Origin: Ascoidea asiatica JCM 7603
Taxonomy: Eukaryota > Fungi > Ascomycota
Length of the DNA: 53,432 nt
Direction: 5' to 3'
NCBI GenBank assembly: GCA_001600695.1
Contig: BCKQ01000002.1
Coordinates: forward strand, 1,846,001-1,899,432
Position 1 is the first letter of the stretch; each line of letters starts with the position of its first letter. The translations under genes and the position numbers were made by a program. The notes under the pieces are model-generated. The model did no database searches, was not told the origin of the DNA, and saw only the letters and a program-made list of their open reading frames with translations. Positions 1-11,142 of the stretch are shown here, piece by piece.

Positions 1-1954
1 TCGTATGTACACAAAACTATATAAAAATTTCTGTTTTTGTCTACACTTTTTTTGATTTTATATAGTTTTGAAATTATCAAGTTTTATATTTACTATTTTA
101 CATATATTAATACATAATATTTATTATTATTCTATTTATAATATTGACATTATTTTTCATTAACCTTGATAAGTTTTAAACTAAAACAACTTAATTTGTT
201 TTATATGTCTCAAGAATCCCAAAATTTTCCTTCAAATTAGAGACCAAAATAAATTAATGTTTGAAAACCCACTATTGAATTCAGATATTAGTTTTGGCTA
301 TTGTATTTAAAATGTTAATCACAATAACCTAAATTGATATTCAATTTCGTTTTTCACTCGAATTCCATCTGAAAAAAAATTTGATTTTGTTTTAATTGAA
401 ATATACCTAAGCTTGTTTCACTATTAGAGATTTCAAGTTTGTTCTAAAGCATTCTGTTTTGGGGTCATAAAGTCTCCTGTTCGGGGTCAGCATCCATTTT
501 GAAAGATATGATTTTTTTTTTCAAGGATTACTAATATTTAAATGTTGTTTCTTAGAAATGTTTCATTAGTGCGGTTTTGATTGATTTTCTCCATTAACTT
601 TCAATTTTTCTTATTTGATATTATCAAAGGCGTATCTTTTTAATATACGTTATTCATTTACATTTATATTTACATTTTCAGTTATTTATTCTATTCTATT
701 GGAATACAATATTGATTAATATTATGAGGACATATCTAAAACCCTCATCAAGCGAAATTGTTGAATGTAAATCTGAAACGGTTGACGCCCACAGTTTTTG
801 GTTGTGGCGAATGAGGTGACAACGCTTGTGCTGCATTAAAAACAGCTATAACCGTTATATTTTCTGAAACCGTTGAAAAACCGTTGCAGAAATTTAACTT
901 TAAATTAGTTTATACTGCATTTCTACACAAAAATTATACGTATATTTCTGTTGATGTATTTAATGTTATACATTTTGAAACAAGAAAAAAAATTTCCATT
1001 TGATTTTTGTTTAAAAATTTTATTAACAAAAGCCTTTAGAATAAATGAATCATGACTTTCAAGCTAATGAGCTCACCAGATTAACATGTTATCTTTCTTC
1101 ATTTAGTAAGACATTTTGATTGTCCCAAAATGGAGGCTAAAATAAATAAAAATAAAAGAAAAAATCAAAAAAAAAGTTGTTATTTTTTGAGTCATTAACG
1201 TAGATTTTTAGTTAACAACTCAGATTATTCCTTGCGTAGTTGATCATAATTTATTTTGCACTATTATTTATATGAAAACTTAATGAGAACGCTCTAGCCG
1301 TAAAGAATATGACCTTTCTAAAAAAATTTAGTTTGTGTTTTGGCAGAATCTTTAGATACGTAGACCTATTGTAAAACTCAATAATATTTTATTTTTGTTC
1401 CTTTGTTGAAACTTTTATATTTTTTAGTAGCTTTTAATCTGAGATTATTATTTATAATCATTATGTTCCATAACGCATATTTGAGTTTATAATTATTTCG
1501 GTATAATCCTTTTTTCTAATTCTGCCCATAGCTATCTTCAGATAAATTTTTTATAATCTTTCTTAACTATTATCTCCAAAAAGTTTTCAGCCCTTACTTT
1601 GACTTCAGTTTTGTTTTATTTGTTAAAATATTCTTTAAGCTACGTTGAACATACGTTTCTCTTTCATTTCATAAATCTTTGAATTTTCTTTTTTTTCTTT
1701 ACTTAAATCGGGCAAATCCTCATACTAGAAATAATTTTCAATTTACAATTTTAATACTCAACCTTTTAGATAATTATTATTGCTCATTAGATTTACGTTT
1801 TGTGTTTATCCCATTGCATTTAAGAGCTTAAACAGTGAATTTCATAAATATTCAAATCAAAAATTATCTTTTTTTTATTCAACAATTATCCTATTTTTCA
1901 AAAAAAAAAAAATAACTTATTTAATAAAATCATTCTTATAGATTTATATTAGAA

Positions 1955-2086
1955 ATGTATTTAGTTTGGGTCTGCTGTAAATGCAATAAACAAAGAGTTC
2001 AATTTGAGGATTTACAGAATGTTATTTGCGAAGAATGCGGTCATAAATTCTGTAAAGAAAGTTGCAACGTTGTATTAATACAATAA
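1955..2086 (+). CDS. 43-aa Cys/His-rich microprotein, putative double zinc ribbon (not in the ORF track)
   Basis: Manual translation gives MYLVWVCCKCNKQRVQFEDLQNVICEECGHKFCKESCNVVLIQ*. Pattern WxCCxC-x14-CxxCxHxxCxxxC; start context AGAAATG; locally higher GC than the flanks. Confidence 0.65.
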   Translation: MYLVWVCCKCNKQRVQFEDLQNVICEECGHKFCKESCNVVLIQ

Positions 2087-2846
2087 ATTTTCTTTTCTGT
2101 TGCTTTTTTAAAATATTTCAATTCTATCATTCTTATATCATCAGATTCTTCATCTTTTATAAAAGTTATTGGTTTATTTTTAATATAGAGCCTAGAAATA
2201 TAAAGTCAAAAAAACAAAGGATTAATTATCAGCAATCATAAATTAAATTTCTATCAATTGTCAGCTATTCAATATACTATAATATACTATAATACTCGTC
2301 ATCATTTTTTTATATAATTGTCTATAATATACAGAAAAATAATGTAAAATAAATTTGAATAAAGCTTTTTTCTGTCTCAAGTGAAGAAACTACTCTCTTG
2401 TAAAAATAAAAAACTCAGATTTTAAATTCTATTATTTTTTGTATGATATTTGAGTATTTCATTTTGAATGAAAGGGTTGAAAGTAGATTTGTTTCAAATT
2501 GCTAAAAAGATTCCATCATTTTAGAAAACACTTATACTGCTCATGAGAATTTGAACTAGGTAAAGTAAGATCGCGTGAAGCAGAAAAGCAAAATGGATTT
2601 CGTTTTGGTACAAGTTGTCAAGAAAAAGTAATTTTATTATATTCGACCAGTTTTTTTGGTTAATTTTATCATATAATACAAAAATAATTTCTTTAGAACT
2701 GTCTTTAGAATAAATAATAAAAGAAAAGTCAACTTTTAGAAGCAGAAAATCTAAAAAAGAAAAGCCTATGGAAAATTTAAATTAAAAAAACCAAAACATT
2801 TAATGTTTCTTTTGCTATATTGATCCTTTGCAAAAAAACTTATATA

Positions 2847-5195
2847 TTAATCTTCAATCCCATTTGCAATAGCATTTAAAGAATCTATCCAATGATCTTT
2901 ATTTGAGAAATGCCAGCTTGGAAACCAATCCAAGTACTCATAACTACTTGCTGGACCAGTCATACCAAAGGTTATAGGAGAAAAATAGCAAAAACTAAAG
3001 ACGCTAAGAGTAAGAACTAAAGAATATAAAAGAAATTTCATAGCCCTGTTCCATCGCTTAGTTATATAATCAATTAAAAAACCCAAAATGAAAATGGCAA
3101 AATATAACGAGGGCATATAATGATGAACGTAAGTGACTCTTCCCATAAAAATGAAAGGCAAATAATTAATTAGAAAACATAAAAAAGGAATTATACCTTG
3201 GAGTAAATAACGATAAAAATTTTTCAGATTAAATTTTATTTCTTGTTTTTTCCACAATGTTAGCTGCTTTATGGTGAGATGTATAAATACTAAAATACAG
3301 ATAGAAGTAGCCCATACATTGAACGGATTTCCCATCAAAAAATACTTTGTGTCCTCTTTCCTCCATGTTGACATTCTAATACCAGAGTAAGATAAAGGCC
3401 AATGCCACCACGGAGAAGCAATATTATCATCAGTGTCATCATCCGATAGCAAAGCATTATTTGAAGAGTACATGGACAAATTGATTTGAATAAAGTCTCT
3501 CCAGAACTTAGGTTTTGGAGGGATATAACTAGAATCTTTAGTTAAAAGATCATTTGAATGATCCTCAATATTCCACCAAGTAGACTTATCATATAGCAGA
3601 GCAGTTCTTTTACATACAACTTCTCCTTGTTTGAACCCCCAGATAGGATAAGCTTTTCCAGTTGTAGCTAGAAAGCAGTTTAAAATCTTATGTCTTAATC
3701 TAAAATTTGTTGATAGGGGATGAATAAATGGATCAATCTTTGAATTCTGAATAGTGGAGTTGGAGGATTTAAATAAAGGTGGAGACAATTGCTCAACTAC
3801 TTCAATAATCCAATCATCTTTCAAATCCCCAACTTCTTCATTTCCATAACCACTTACTTCATAGTTGTGTTTGGAAACGTGAGAGGGTATTCTATGTGAA
3901 TGTAAATTTACCTTTAACCTTTCATGGACTAATCTTACTAACTGTCCATTCTGTATATATTCAAGATTCATGCTTTTGATTTTCTCAGAAGAGTTTTTAT
4001 ATAAATCAGTATCAAAAAACCCTTTTCCTGAGGTTCTTGAAAACTGAAAAAACCAATTATTATTATCATCTTTATGAGAATATGTTGTAATTTGGTTTTG
4101 CCTAGAACCATCAGGATATGTCTGAATATGCGAATGAAGTAGATTTGGCGACATTCCCTGCGATCTTATAGTAACCTTCGATCCAAAAGTTACCAATCTA
4201 GGAGAATTTTGAATATCAGTATTAATTAAATTTGCCTGAAATAATGATGACATTGAGGAGTGTCCTGTCCCAGTTTTGCTGAGAATAGAAAAATGAATTT
4301 TAAAGAAAAAAGCATATAAGAAAAATGGAACCATGATTAAAAAAAAAACTCTGAAGAGCCAATGCAATACATAGACCTTTTTATTTCTAGGATATAGGTA
4401 TAAAGTTTTTTGAAGTAAATCAAATATTATGTATAGTCCAACAATAACCGTTATAAATAACCCAACCCATTTGATACTACATACACAAGCAATTGACAAA
4501 CCTGTTATAAAAAGCCATTTTATAGAGTAATTTTCTGAAGATGATTTTAGTTTAAATTCATTATGTAGCTTAATTAAACATAAGAAAGTGGTAGCAATAA
4601 AAAATAATAGCATTGAGTCTAATAGAATAAATTTAGATAATACAACAAACATATTTTCAAATATAATCATAATTGAAATCAAATATGAAGTGAGTAAATT
4701 ATTGTTAAAATTCATGGATTTACAAGCATAGTATGCAATTGTTGGAGATAAAATTCCAAAAATTGAATTTATGATTCTAATTTTACTATAGTTGAAATTT
4801 GATGGATATTTCTCGCCACTATCAAATGTGAAGTTTCCATTGAAATTAGATATGTATTCTGAAAATCCAATAAATAATTTCCCTAAAGGAGGATGAACAT
4901 CAGAATAAAATTCTTGTTTAATGTAATAACTACCAAATTTTGCAAAATGAGCTTCGTCCCAATTTACATGATCATTTTTGTCTATATTATAAAGTCTTAG
5001 ATATGCAGATAATAATGTTAGAAATATTGGACCAATAGTGGGCTCTAATTTAGACAAAAAGGATTTTTTTTCATCATCTGCTTTTTTAGAAGACTTTTTT
5101 TTTTTTTTTGAATTAACTTTTGGATTTGAAGAATATTCACATTTTTCAGCTGAAATATTTAAGGACCCTTTGATTTCAAACTCTGAATCACTCAT
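2847..5195 (-). CDS. PMT2: Dolichyl-phosphate-mannose:protein O-mannosyltransferase, PMT2 subfamily
   Basis: 782 aa. WDEAHF..FGSYY and DVHPPLGK loop-1 motifs, multiple TM segments, MIR repeats (LLHSH, NLHSH, FRLRH), GRVTYVHHYMP. Which PMT2/3/6 paralogue is uncertain. Confidence 0.9.
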   Translation of the reverse strand: MSDSEFEIKGSLNISAEKCEYSSNPKVNSKKKKKSSKKADDEKKSFLSKLEPTIGPIFLTLLSAYLRLYNIDKNDHVNWDEAHFAKFGSYYIKQEFYSDVHPPLGKLFIGFSEYISNFNGNFTFDSGEKYPSNFNYSKIRIINSIFGILSPTIAYYACKSMNFNNNLLTSYLISIMIIFENMFVVLSKFILLDSMLLFFIATTFLCLIKLHNEFKLKSSSENYSIKWLFITGLSIACVCSIKWVGLFITVIVGLYIIFDLLQKTLYLYPRNKKVYVLHWLFRVFFLIMVPFFLYAFFFKIHFSILSKTGTGHSSMSSLFQANLINTDIQNSPRLVTFGSKVTIRSQGMSPNLLHSHIQTYPDGSRQNQITTYSHKDDNNNWFFQFSRTSGKGFFDTDLYKNSSEKIKSMNLEYIQNGQLVRLVHERLKVNLHSHRIPSHVSKHNYEVSGYGNEEVGDLKDDWIIEVVEQLSPPLFKSSNSTIQNSKIDPFIHPLSTNFRLRHKILNCFLATTGKAYPIWGFKQGEVVCKRTALLYDKSTWWNIEDHSNDLLTKDSSYIPPKPKFWRDFIQINLSMYSSNNALLSDDDTDDNIASPWWHWPLSYSGIRMSTWRKEDTKYFLMGNPFNVWATSICILVFIHLTIKQLTLWKKQEIKFNLKNFYRYLLQGIIPFLCFLINYLPFIFMGRVTYVHHYMPSLYFAIFILGFLIDYITKRWNRAMKFLLYSLVLTLSVFSFCYFSPITFGMTGPASSYEYLDWFPSWHFSNKDHWIDSLNAIANGIED

Positions 5196-5694
5196 ATTTT
5201 GTTCAGAACTTACCCTTTAATTTCTTTGGGCACAGATTATCAGTTGATTTTAATCACCAATTATTTTTTTGAGCAAAATTGTTGTTAATCTATGAAACAA
5301 ATATTGTTAATTTATTTTACTACGTATTAGAAATGAGAGTTGAGTTTTTGTTCGAAGAAATTTAATGAACAAGGTTAACCAGGGCACGGGAAGAATTCCA
5401 AGTATTTGGGACAGTAAAATCATTCTGAGGCCACTTGCCCTAGACCTCCTTTGTGGCAGAGCTTGTTTTGAATAAGGGGTTTGATTGATAAATGAACATT
5501 TATGGGAAAATTCCCGAAACTATTCTAGGATATTTTTTTGCAACGGATGCGGAATACTTGAAATGTTGGCCGTGTGAATGTTACACGCTGTAGAAGCGAA
5601 TAAAATTAATTTAATATTTATGCATGTAAATGTTCCGTGCTTATATTACTGCAAAGCTGAAGCAACGGCTACTCGATTGAGCTGACTCCGAGGT

Positions 5695-6300
5695 ATGCAT
5701 GGAAAATACAAAATAACAGAGTTTGATTTAAAGTTGTTGGAAGAACAGATAATATTTAAAGTTCTCCTTTAGGAATTTACATATTTTCAAAAAATGTTTA
5801 TCAAAGATAAGGATATTTAACTTGCTATGTAAATTACTGAAACAGCCATTGAATCATTTTCTGCTTATTATGCTTTAAATAGAGAAAGCATCAATTTGAA
5901 AAGGAAGACTGAAAGAAAGCAACCGAAAAGTTTTAAAATAGTCATTGAGATTTATTTTAAAGAAGATTCAATAAAAAAAGACAATAATTGGAAATTTGAA
6001 AAAACAAAATCTGATAAAATATATCAGGCTCGTTTTAAGTGATTAAAGGCAAATAGGCAACTTTTTCTGGAAAAAGAATATATTTGAAAATTGAAAAATT
6101 TTTTAGTTCGCTAATAAGAAAATTTAGAAAAAAGAGCATCTCCAGTTATGAAAATAACTATTTTTTTTTTAATTATAGATTTTAATTACGGTATATATGT
6201 GAAATTTCATGCAACCCAATCTATCAACAAAAATAGAAATATTTCTTTTGAGATTACAAAAAAATCAGATGAAACTTTGGCTCAAGTACTTAATCTATGA
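5695..6300 (+). pseudogene. Possible decayed ORF of unknown origin
   Basis: One frame from ATG 5695 reads MHGKYKITEFDLKLLEEQ...ITETAIESFSAYYALNRESINLKRKTERKQPK... with about 8 stops in about 200 codons, roughly half what this composition would give. No recognisable family. Confidence 0.3.
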
Positions 6301-9080
6301 ACTATAGATATTTGAAATACTTATCCATTATTTTATTAACGATTCGTGTTTTGAGTTTAGAAAGAAGAATAAGGATCTCTAAGAGAAAAATACAATTACC
6401 TTTTGTTTTTTTTCGTAGTCTGAAATTGAATAAGGTTGGAGTATATGTTGTTCGATATATGTTTTAGCATATTATACAATAGCATAAAATCATAACAAAC
6501 TTTTTGGGATAGGTTGAAATATCTGATATATATCGGGTCTAAGGATTTTATTTTCCTTCATCATACTTTGTTTATAATGTTTACTTTTTTTATCCTTATG
6601 CAATCTCATCAATAAAAAAAAAAAAAATCCATAACTTTGCATATACTGTAGAAATAAAGCCAGGGTCATATTTTTTGTCAATTTTTAGTTGTACACTGTT
6701 AGTTTTTTTTATGGGTTTGATAATCAAAAATATAAAGAAACTAATAACCAGCATTTAAAGATCAGTAATAATTTATTATTAGTCTCCATTTTGTCAAATT
6801 GTAAAATCATATCTTTAAAAAAAAAAAGATTTATTTATCATTTTTCCAATGGAGATCAATCATTCGGAGAGGGTTGAAGTAAGCTTCTTTTTTATAATAT
6901 CAATAAAGAGACAGTGTCATGATTCTCTTATTCCATTAAAATCTATGAAGGTCAAATTTGTAAAATTATTTATTCCAAAAAGTATACGCTTCAATCTATA
7001 AGAGGAATACAGAGTTTTGTTTATTTTGTATGAATTCAGAATTTTTTTCCTGTAATATTAATCATTTGAAATAAACATCAAGCTAATAAGAGAATTTTAA
7101 AAGGATTGAAAGGGCAAGGCTAGCTTTTTCTCAAATGCTCCAAATAATTATAGAAAGTATGGTATTCTAATTGTATTAAAAATATCATCAACCTTTTCGA
7201 ATATAAATTTGGACAGTATCAGTAATGCTTATGTATTGATTTTGAGATTACTAATATCATAAGAAAGGTAAAAATTATCATAATTTTCTTTTTGATATCA
7301 AAAAAAGTTTTGGAGTTATTTTTGTAAGTAAATTAGTATCAAGAAGCTTTATATCCTACCATATACTGTATTATCATCATAAATACTATAAGAAAAAAAA
7401 AAGTTAAGTAATTTGTCATAGTAAAGCTGGTTTTTAAGGGCTGCTTTAAAAGACTACGACAGCCCTATTAAATTAAATACCCATCTTTATTTCCACACTG
7501 TTTAATATAACTATGAAAACACTACATAAATGGAGTAGACTATAGGTAAATAAATAAAATGGAGAATATTTTATTGGATTGATAATAATTATAATAATAA
7601 TATTAAGACCTTTCAAAAAAACATACTCATGAATAAATTGGCTTTCTAAAGAAAGATTACATTTGAGAAGCGAACGAGCATAGTGTCTTTTTTTATTGGT
7701 TAGAACCTCTTTTTGTTTGGTCTTTGTAATTTTTATGTATTCTTCTTACTAGAAATAATTTCAATATATCAACTTAATTAATGAGACAGTTTTTTTTGTA
7801 TTTTCAATTTTTCTTCTCAAACTCAATTCTGTAATTTATATTCAAATTCATACTTTAATTCATATTTAAATTCTATCCACTTTGAGAAACATAAAAGTTG
7901 ATGTAAAAAAGGAATTTCCTTTTTTGTAAAATAGTTTCTATCTCGAGCAATTGATGATTTGTTAAGCGGACCTAATTATCTTCGTATTTGATTATAGACA
8001 AAAACAACATGAAATTTGCTAATTAGAATTACATTGAACCTGAGATCATTGTTGTCTGCTTGTATAATTGTTGTCGAATATTGGTGTATTAATATTTTTG
8101 ACGGAATGTTTTCTTGTTTCTTTTTAGTGCAGATTATTTCAATTCGAGAATTCTTCGCGTTCTTTTTGAAAATATTATTCTGAAATATTTTTACTTACCT
8201 TTAGAAAATTATTGATAACTGAAATACATAAACTATTGAACTAAATAAGATATCAATCTCACTGAATAATTACGAGTTTCAAATAGCTTGACCTACTGGT
8301 ACAAATTATTATTGATTTCATTCACTACTTAATTCCTTTTTAACCTACAGTGCTAACAGCTAACTTACCATTTTTAGACTTAATTATACAATCGTCTTGA
8401 ATTGTGATAATAGACATTTAAATGTCTTTTATTTTTGTATTGTTTAAGTACACTAATCCACATGCTAAAGACATTGAAATTGGCTCTTTAATAATAATTG
8501 TACTATTTGGTACCGAGTCTTTTGAAATTTAAACCGACACAAAAAATGAAATATTTTTTTGAACTGCACAATCTTGCAAAAATAAAAAAACAAAAATATT
8601 CGATACCAAAATTTTTTGAGATTGAAAAATCATGAAGAATTTTATTTCATTTATTTTTCCCACAAACTGGGGGTTCGTTCCATAAGTTAACTCAATCATA
8701 GAGAAAATTAATAAAATTGTCATGAAAATTTCAGTTTCTTCTAAATAGATATTTAAGACTGATCAGTGCTTTTTTTAGAAAAAAATAGAGAAATTAAAAA
8801 TCATAGTAAATTCTCGTAATTAAGGAGAACGAAACTACACTTGAAATTTTTGTAATGAAGTAAATGTTAGCTTGATTCTCTTAGGTTAGTTTTCTGTATT
8901 GATGTTTAGGATTATATAATTTATTGTATTTAGATACATTGGCAACGCCAAACCTATAATCATAGCCTGAAAAATCCTTTCCTATTATAACTCTTAAAGT
9001 CAAATCGCCCTATAATAAAAGCTATAACTTTTGGAGGATGTTGAAATGTATCTATTCCTCAATTCTATGAAAAGTTTTGA

Positions 9081-9087
9081 TATAAAA
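9081..9087 (+). promoter_or_regulatory. TATA box of the desaturase gene
   Basis: TATAAAA about 125 bp upstream of ATG 9210. Confidence 0.45.
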
Positions 9088-9209
9088 GAGATATGATCCT
9101 CCAATGCATTTGAGTGTTTCATTTATATAATTTGAATTGCTTCTCAAATCAGATTTATAGGTTTCTTTGAAATACAAATTTTTTAACAAAACCATTCTTT
9201 CTTTTTGCA

Positions 9210-10739
9210 ATGCATCAAAATAATCTCAAAACTAATAAAATAGAATCCGATGACTCAACAAATATAGCTTCTCAGACATATTCAAATTTCTTAACCTTTA
9301 ATGAAAAATTATATAATACTGCTATAGCTGATAAAAAAAAGTCTGAGAAAATAGGCCATACTTTTAAAACTCCATTAGTTTGCTTGTACTCTCTTCCATC
9401 AGCATCTACTCTCAATTCCCTTTTCTCGGTTACTAGTTTATCTACATGTCCTTCTATACTTCTGTCAAATTCTTCTCCAGTTAAAACAGATCGCAAAAAC
9501 AAAATTCAAATCAGGGAAAACCCAATTGTGGCTTTAGATACATATGGAAATGAATATTCGACTCCCGAATTCACTTTAAAAAATATCATCTCAGCTATTC
9601 CTAAACATTGTTTTCAAAAAAGCACAAGAAAGTCTTTGCAATTTCTTTTTAGAGATGTTTTTTATTTGACATGCTTGGGATTTTTAACTCATAAGGTAAT
9701 TATGCCATTGATTCCTAATCAAATACTAAGAGGAATAATTTGGGGAATGTATACTTTTGTCGAGGGTATTTTATTTACCAGTTTTTGGGTAATTGGTCAT
9801 GATGCTTCACACAATGCTTTCAGTAATTCTATTGTAGTAAATGATTTAGTTGGTTGGATATTGGATTCATTTTTGCTTGTGCCATATTTTGCTTTTCGCG
9901 AAGGTCATATGAGACATCATAAATCCAACGGAAATCTCCAAAAAGATAATAATTTCGTTCCACCAACAAAAGATCAATTTATCAAAGCCAAGAATGCAAA
10001 TTCAATATTAGAAATAGCAGAGGAATCTCCAATTATAACCCTATTAATCATAATTATTCGTCATACTATTGGTTTTACTTTATCTATCCTGATAAATGCT
10101 TCTGGCCAAACCTACAAATCTTTTTACCCCCAAGAAGATCCTAATTGTATAATAAACAAACTCAAGATGAGTCATTTCTACCCTAAATCTCCTATATTTC
10201 GTGATAAATTTCAAAATGATTTAAAATTACATTTGATTGGGGATATGGGTGTGTTAATAACCATGCTATCATTATATTATGTTTATTCGGTTAAGGGATT
10301 CGGTTGTTTTAATTTTGTTGTAAATTATTTTATTCCATATCTTTGGTTAAATCACTGGGTTGTTTTATTTACGTATCTTCAACATAATGATCCTAGGATG
10401 GGAAGATATGACAATTCCCAATGGTCTTATGTTAGAGGACAGTCTCTAACAGTTGACCGAAATTGTGGGTGGATTGGAGAACACTTTTTTCATCATATAG
10501 CTTCAGGACATGTTGTTCATCATTTTGCCCCTACTATTCCCTTATATCATTTAAAAGAAGCGACAGAAGCAATAAAGCCAATCATGGGAAGACATTATCT
10601 CGATTCTAAGGAAGGATTATTAGTTGATACCTGGAAATTTTCCCGAATGCTACAGTATGTTGAAGGAAACGAGGGTCTTTTAATGTTCAGGAATGTCAAT
10701 AATAAAGGTTTTGATTTCTCTAAAAATCAATTACATTAA
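9210..10739 (+). CDS. Divergent delta-12/omega-3 type membrane fatty acid desaturase (FAD2/FAD3 family)
   Basis: 509 aa. N-terminal DTYGNEY..PEFTLKNIISAIPKHCF motif of fungal FAD2/3; three His boxes HDASH, HMRHH, HVVHH; TYLQH; TVDR; IPLYH..EATEAIKPIMG. Confidence 0.9.
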   Translation: MHQNNLKTNKIESDDSTNIASQTYSNFLTFNEKLYNTAIADKKKSEKIGHTFKTPLVCLYSLPSASTLNSLFSVTSLSTCPSILLSNSSPVKTDRKNKIQIRENPIVALDTYGNEYSTPEFTLKNIISAIPKHCFQKSTRKSLQFLFRDVFYLTCLGFLTHKVIMPLIPNQILRGIIWGMYTFVEGILFTSFWVIGHDASHNAFSNSIVVNDLVGWILDSFLLVPYFAFREGHMRHHKSNGNLQKDNNFVPPTKDQFIKAKNANSILEIAEESPIITLLIIIIRHTIGFTLSILINASGQTYKSFYPQEDPNCIINKLKMSHFYPKSPIFRDKFQNDLKLHLIGDMGVLITMLSLYYVYSVKGFGCFNFVVNYFIPYLWLNHWVVLFTYLQHNDPRMGRYDNSQWSYVRGQSLTVDRNCGWIGEHFFHHIASGHVVHHFAPTIPLYHLKEATEAIKPIMGRHYLDSKEGLLVDTWKFSRMLQYVEGNEGLLMFRNVNNKGFDFSKNQLH

Positions 10740-11142
10740 ACATTTTTTTAGTTCTTCAACAATTTCAATAATTTTTATTACATTTACTTTTTTTACAAAA
10801 TTTTTCATCTATTTTTCTTGAACTTCACTTTTTTGAGATTTTCAGCTTATTAATTTTACATTGATATTCCTGAATACATATTCCAATTTTAAATTTATTA
10901 TTTTTTTTGTCACATTATATTATTGAGTATGTAAAATACAATCAGATAGTGTTATCAAAGCATTTCAAGTAATAAACTTATAAATTAACCAGTAACAATA
11001 CTTAAAAAAAAGTAAAAATCTTTCTAGAAAACCTTTTTTCATGAAAATAATTTCGATAGGTCCCCATTATTGAGAAATATAGTCTAAAGCATAATTGATA
11101 AAATGAATAAGAGTTAAAAAAAATTGTGAGTTTGACTCTGAG

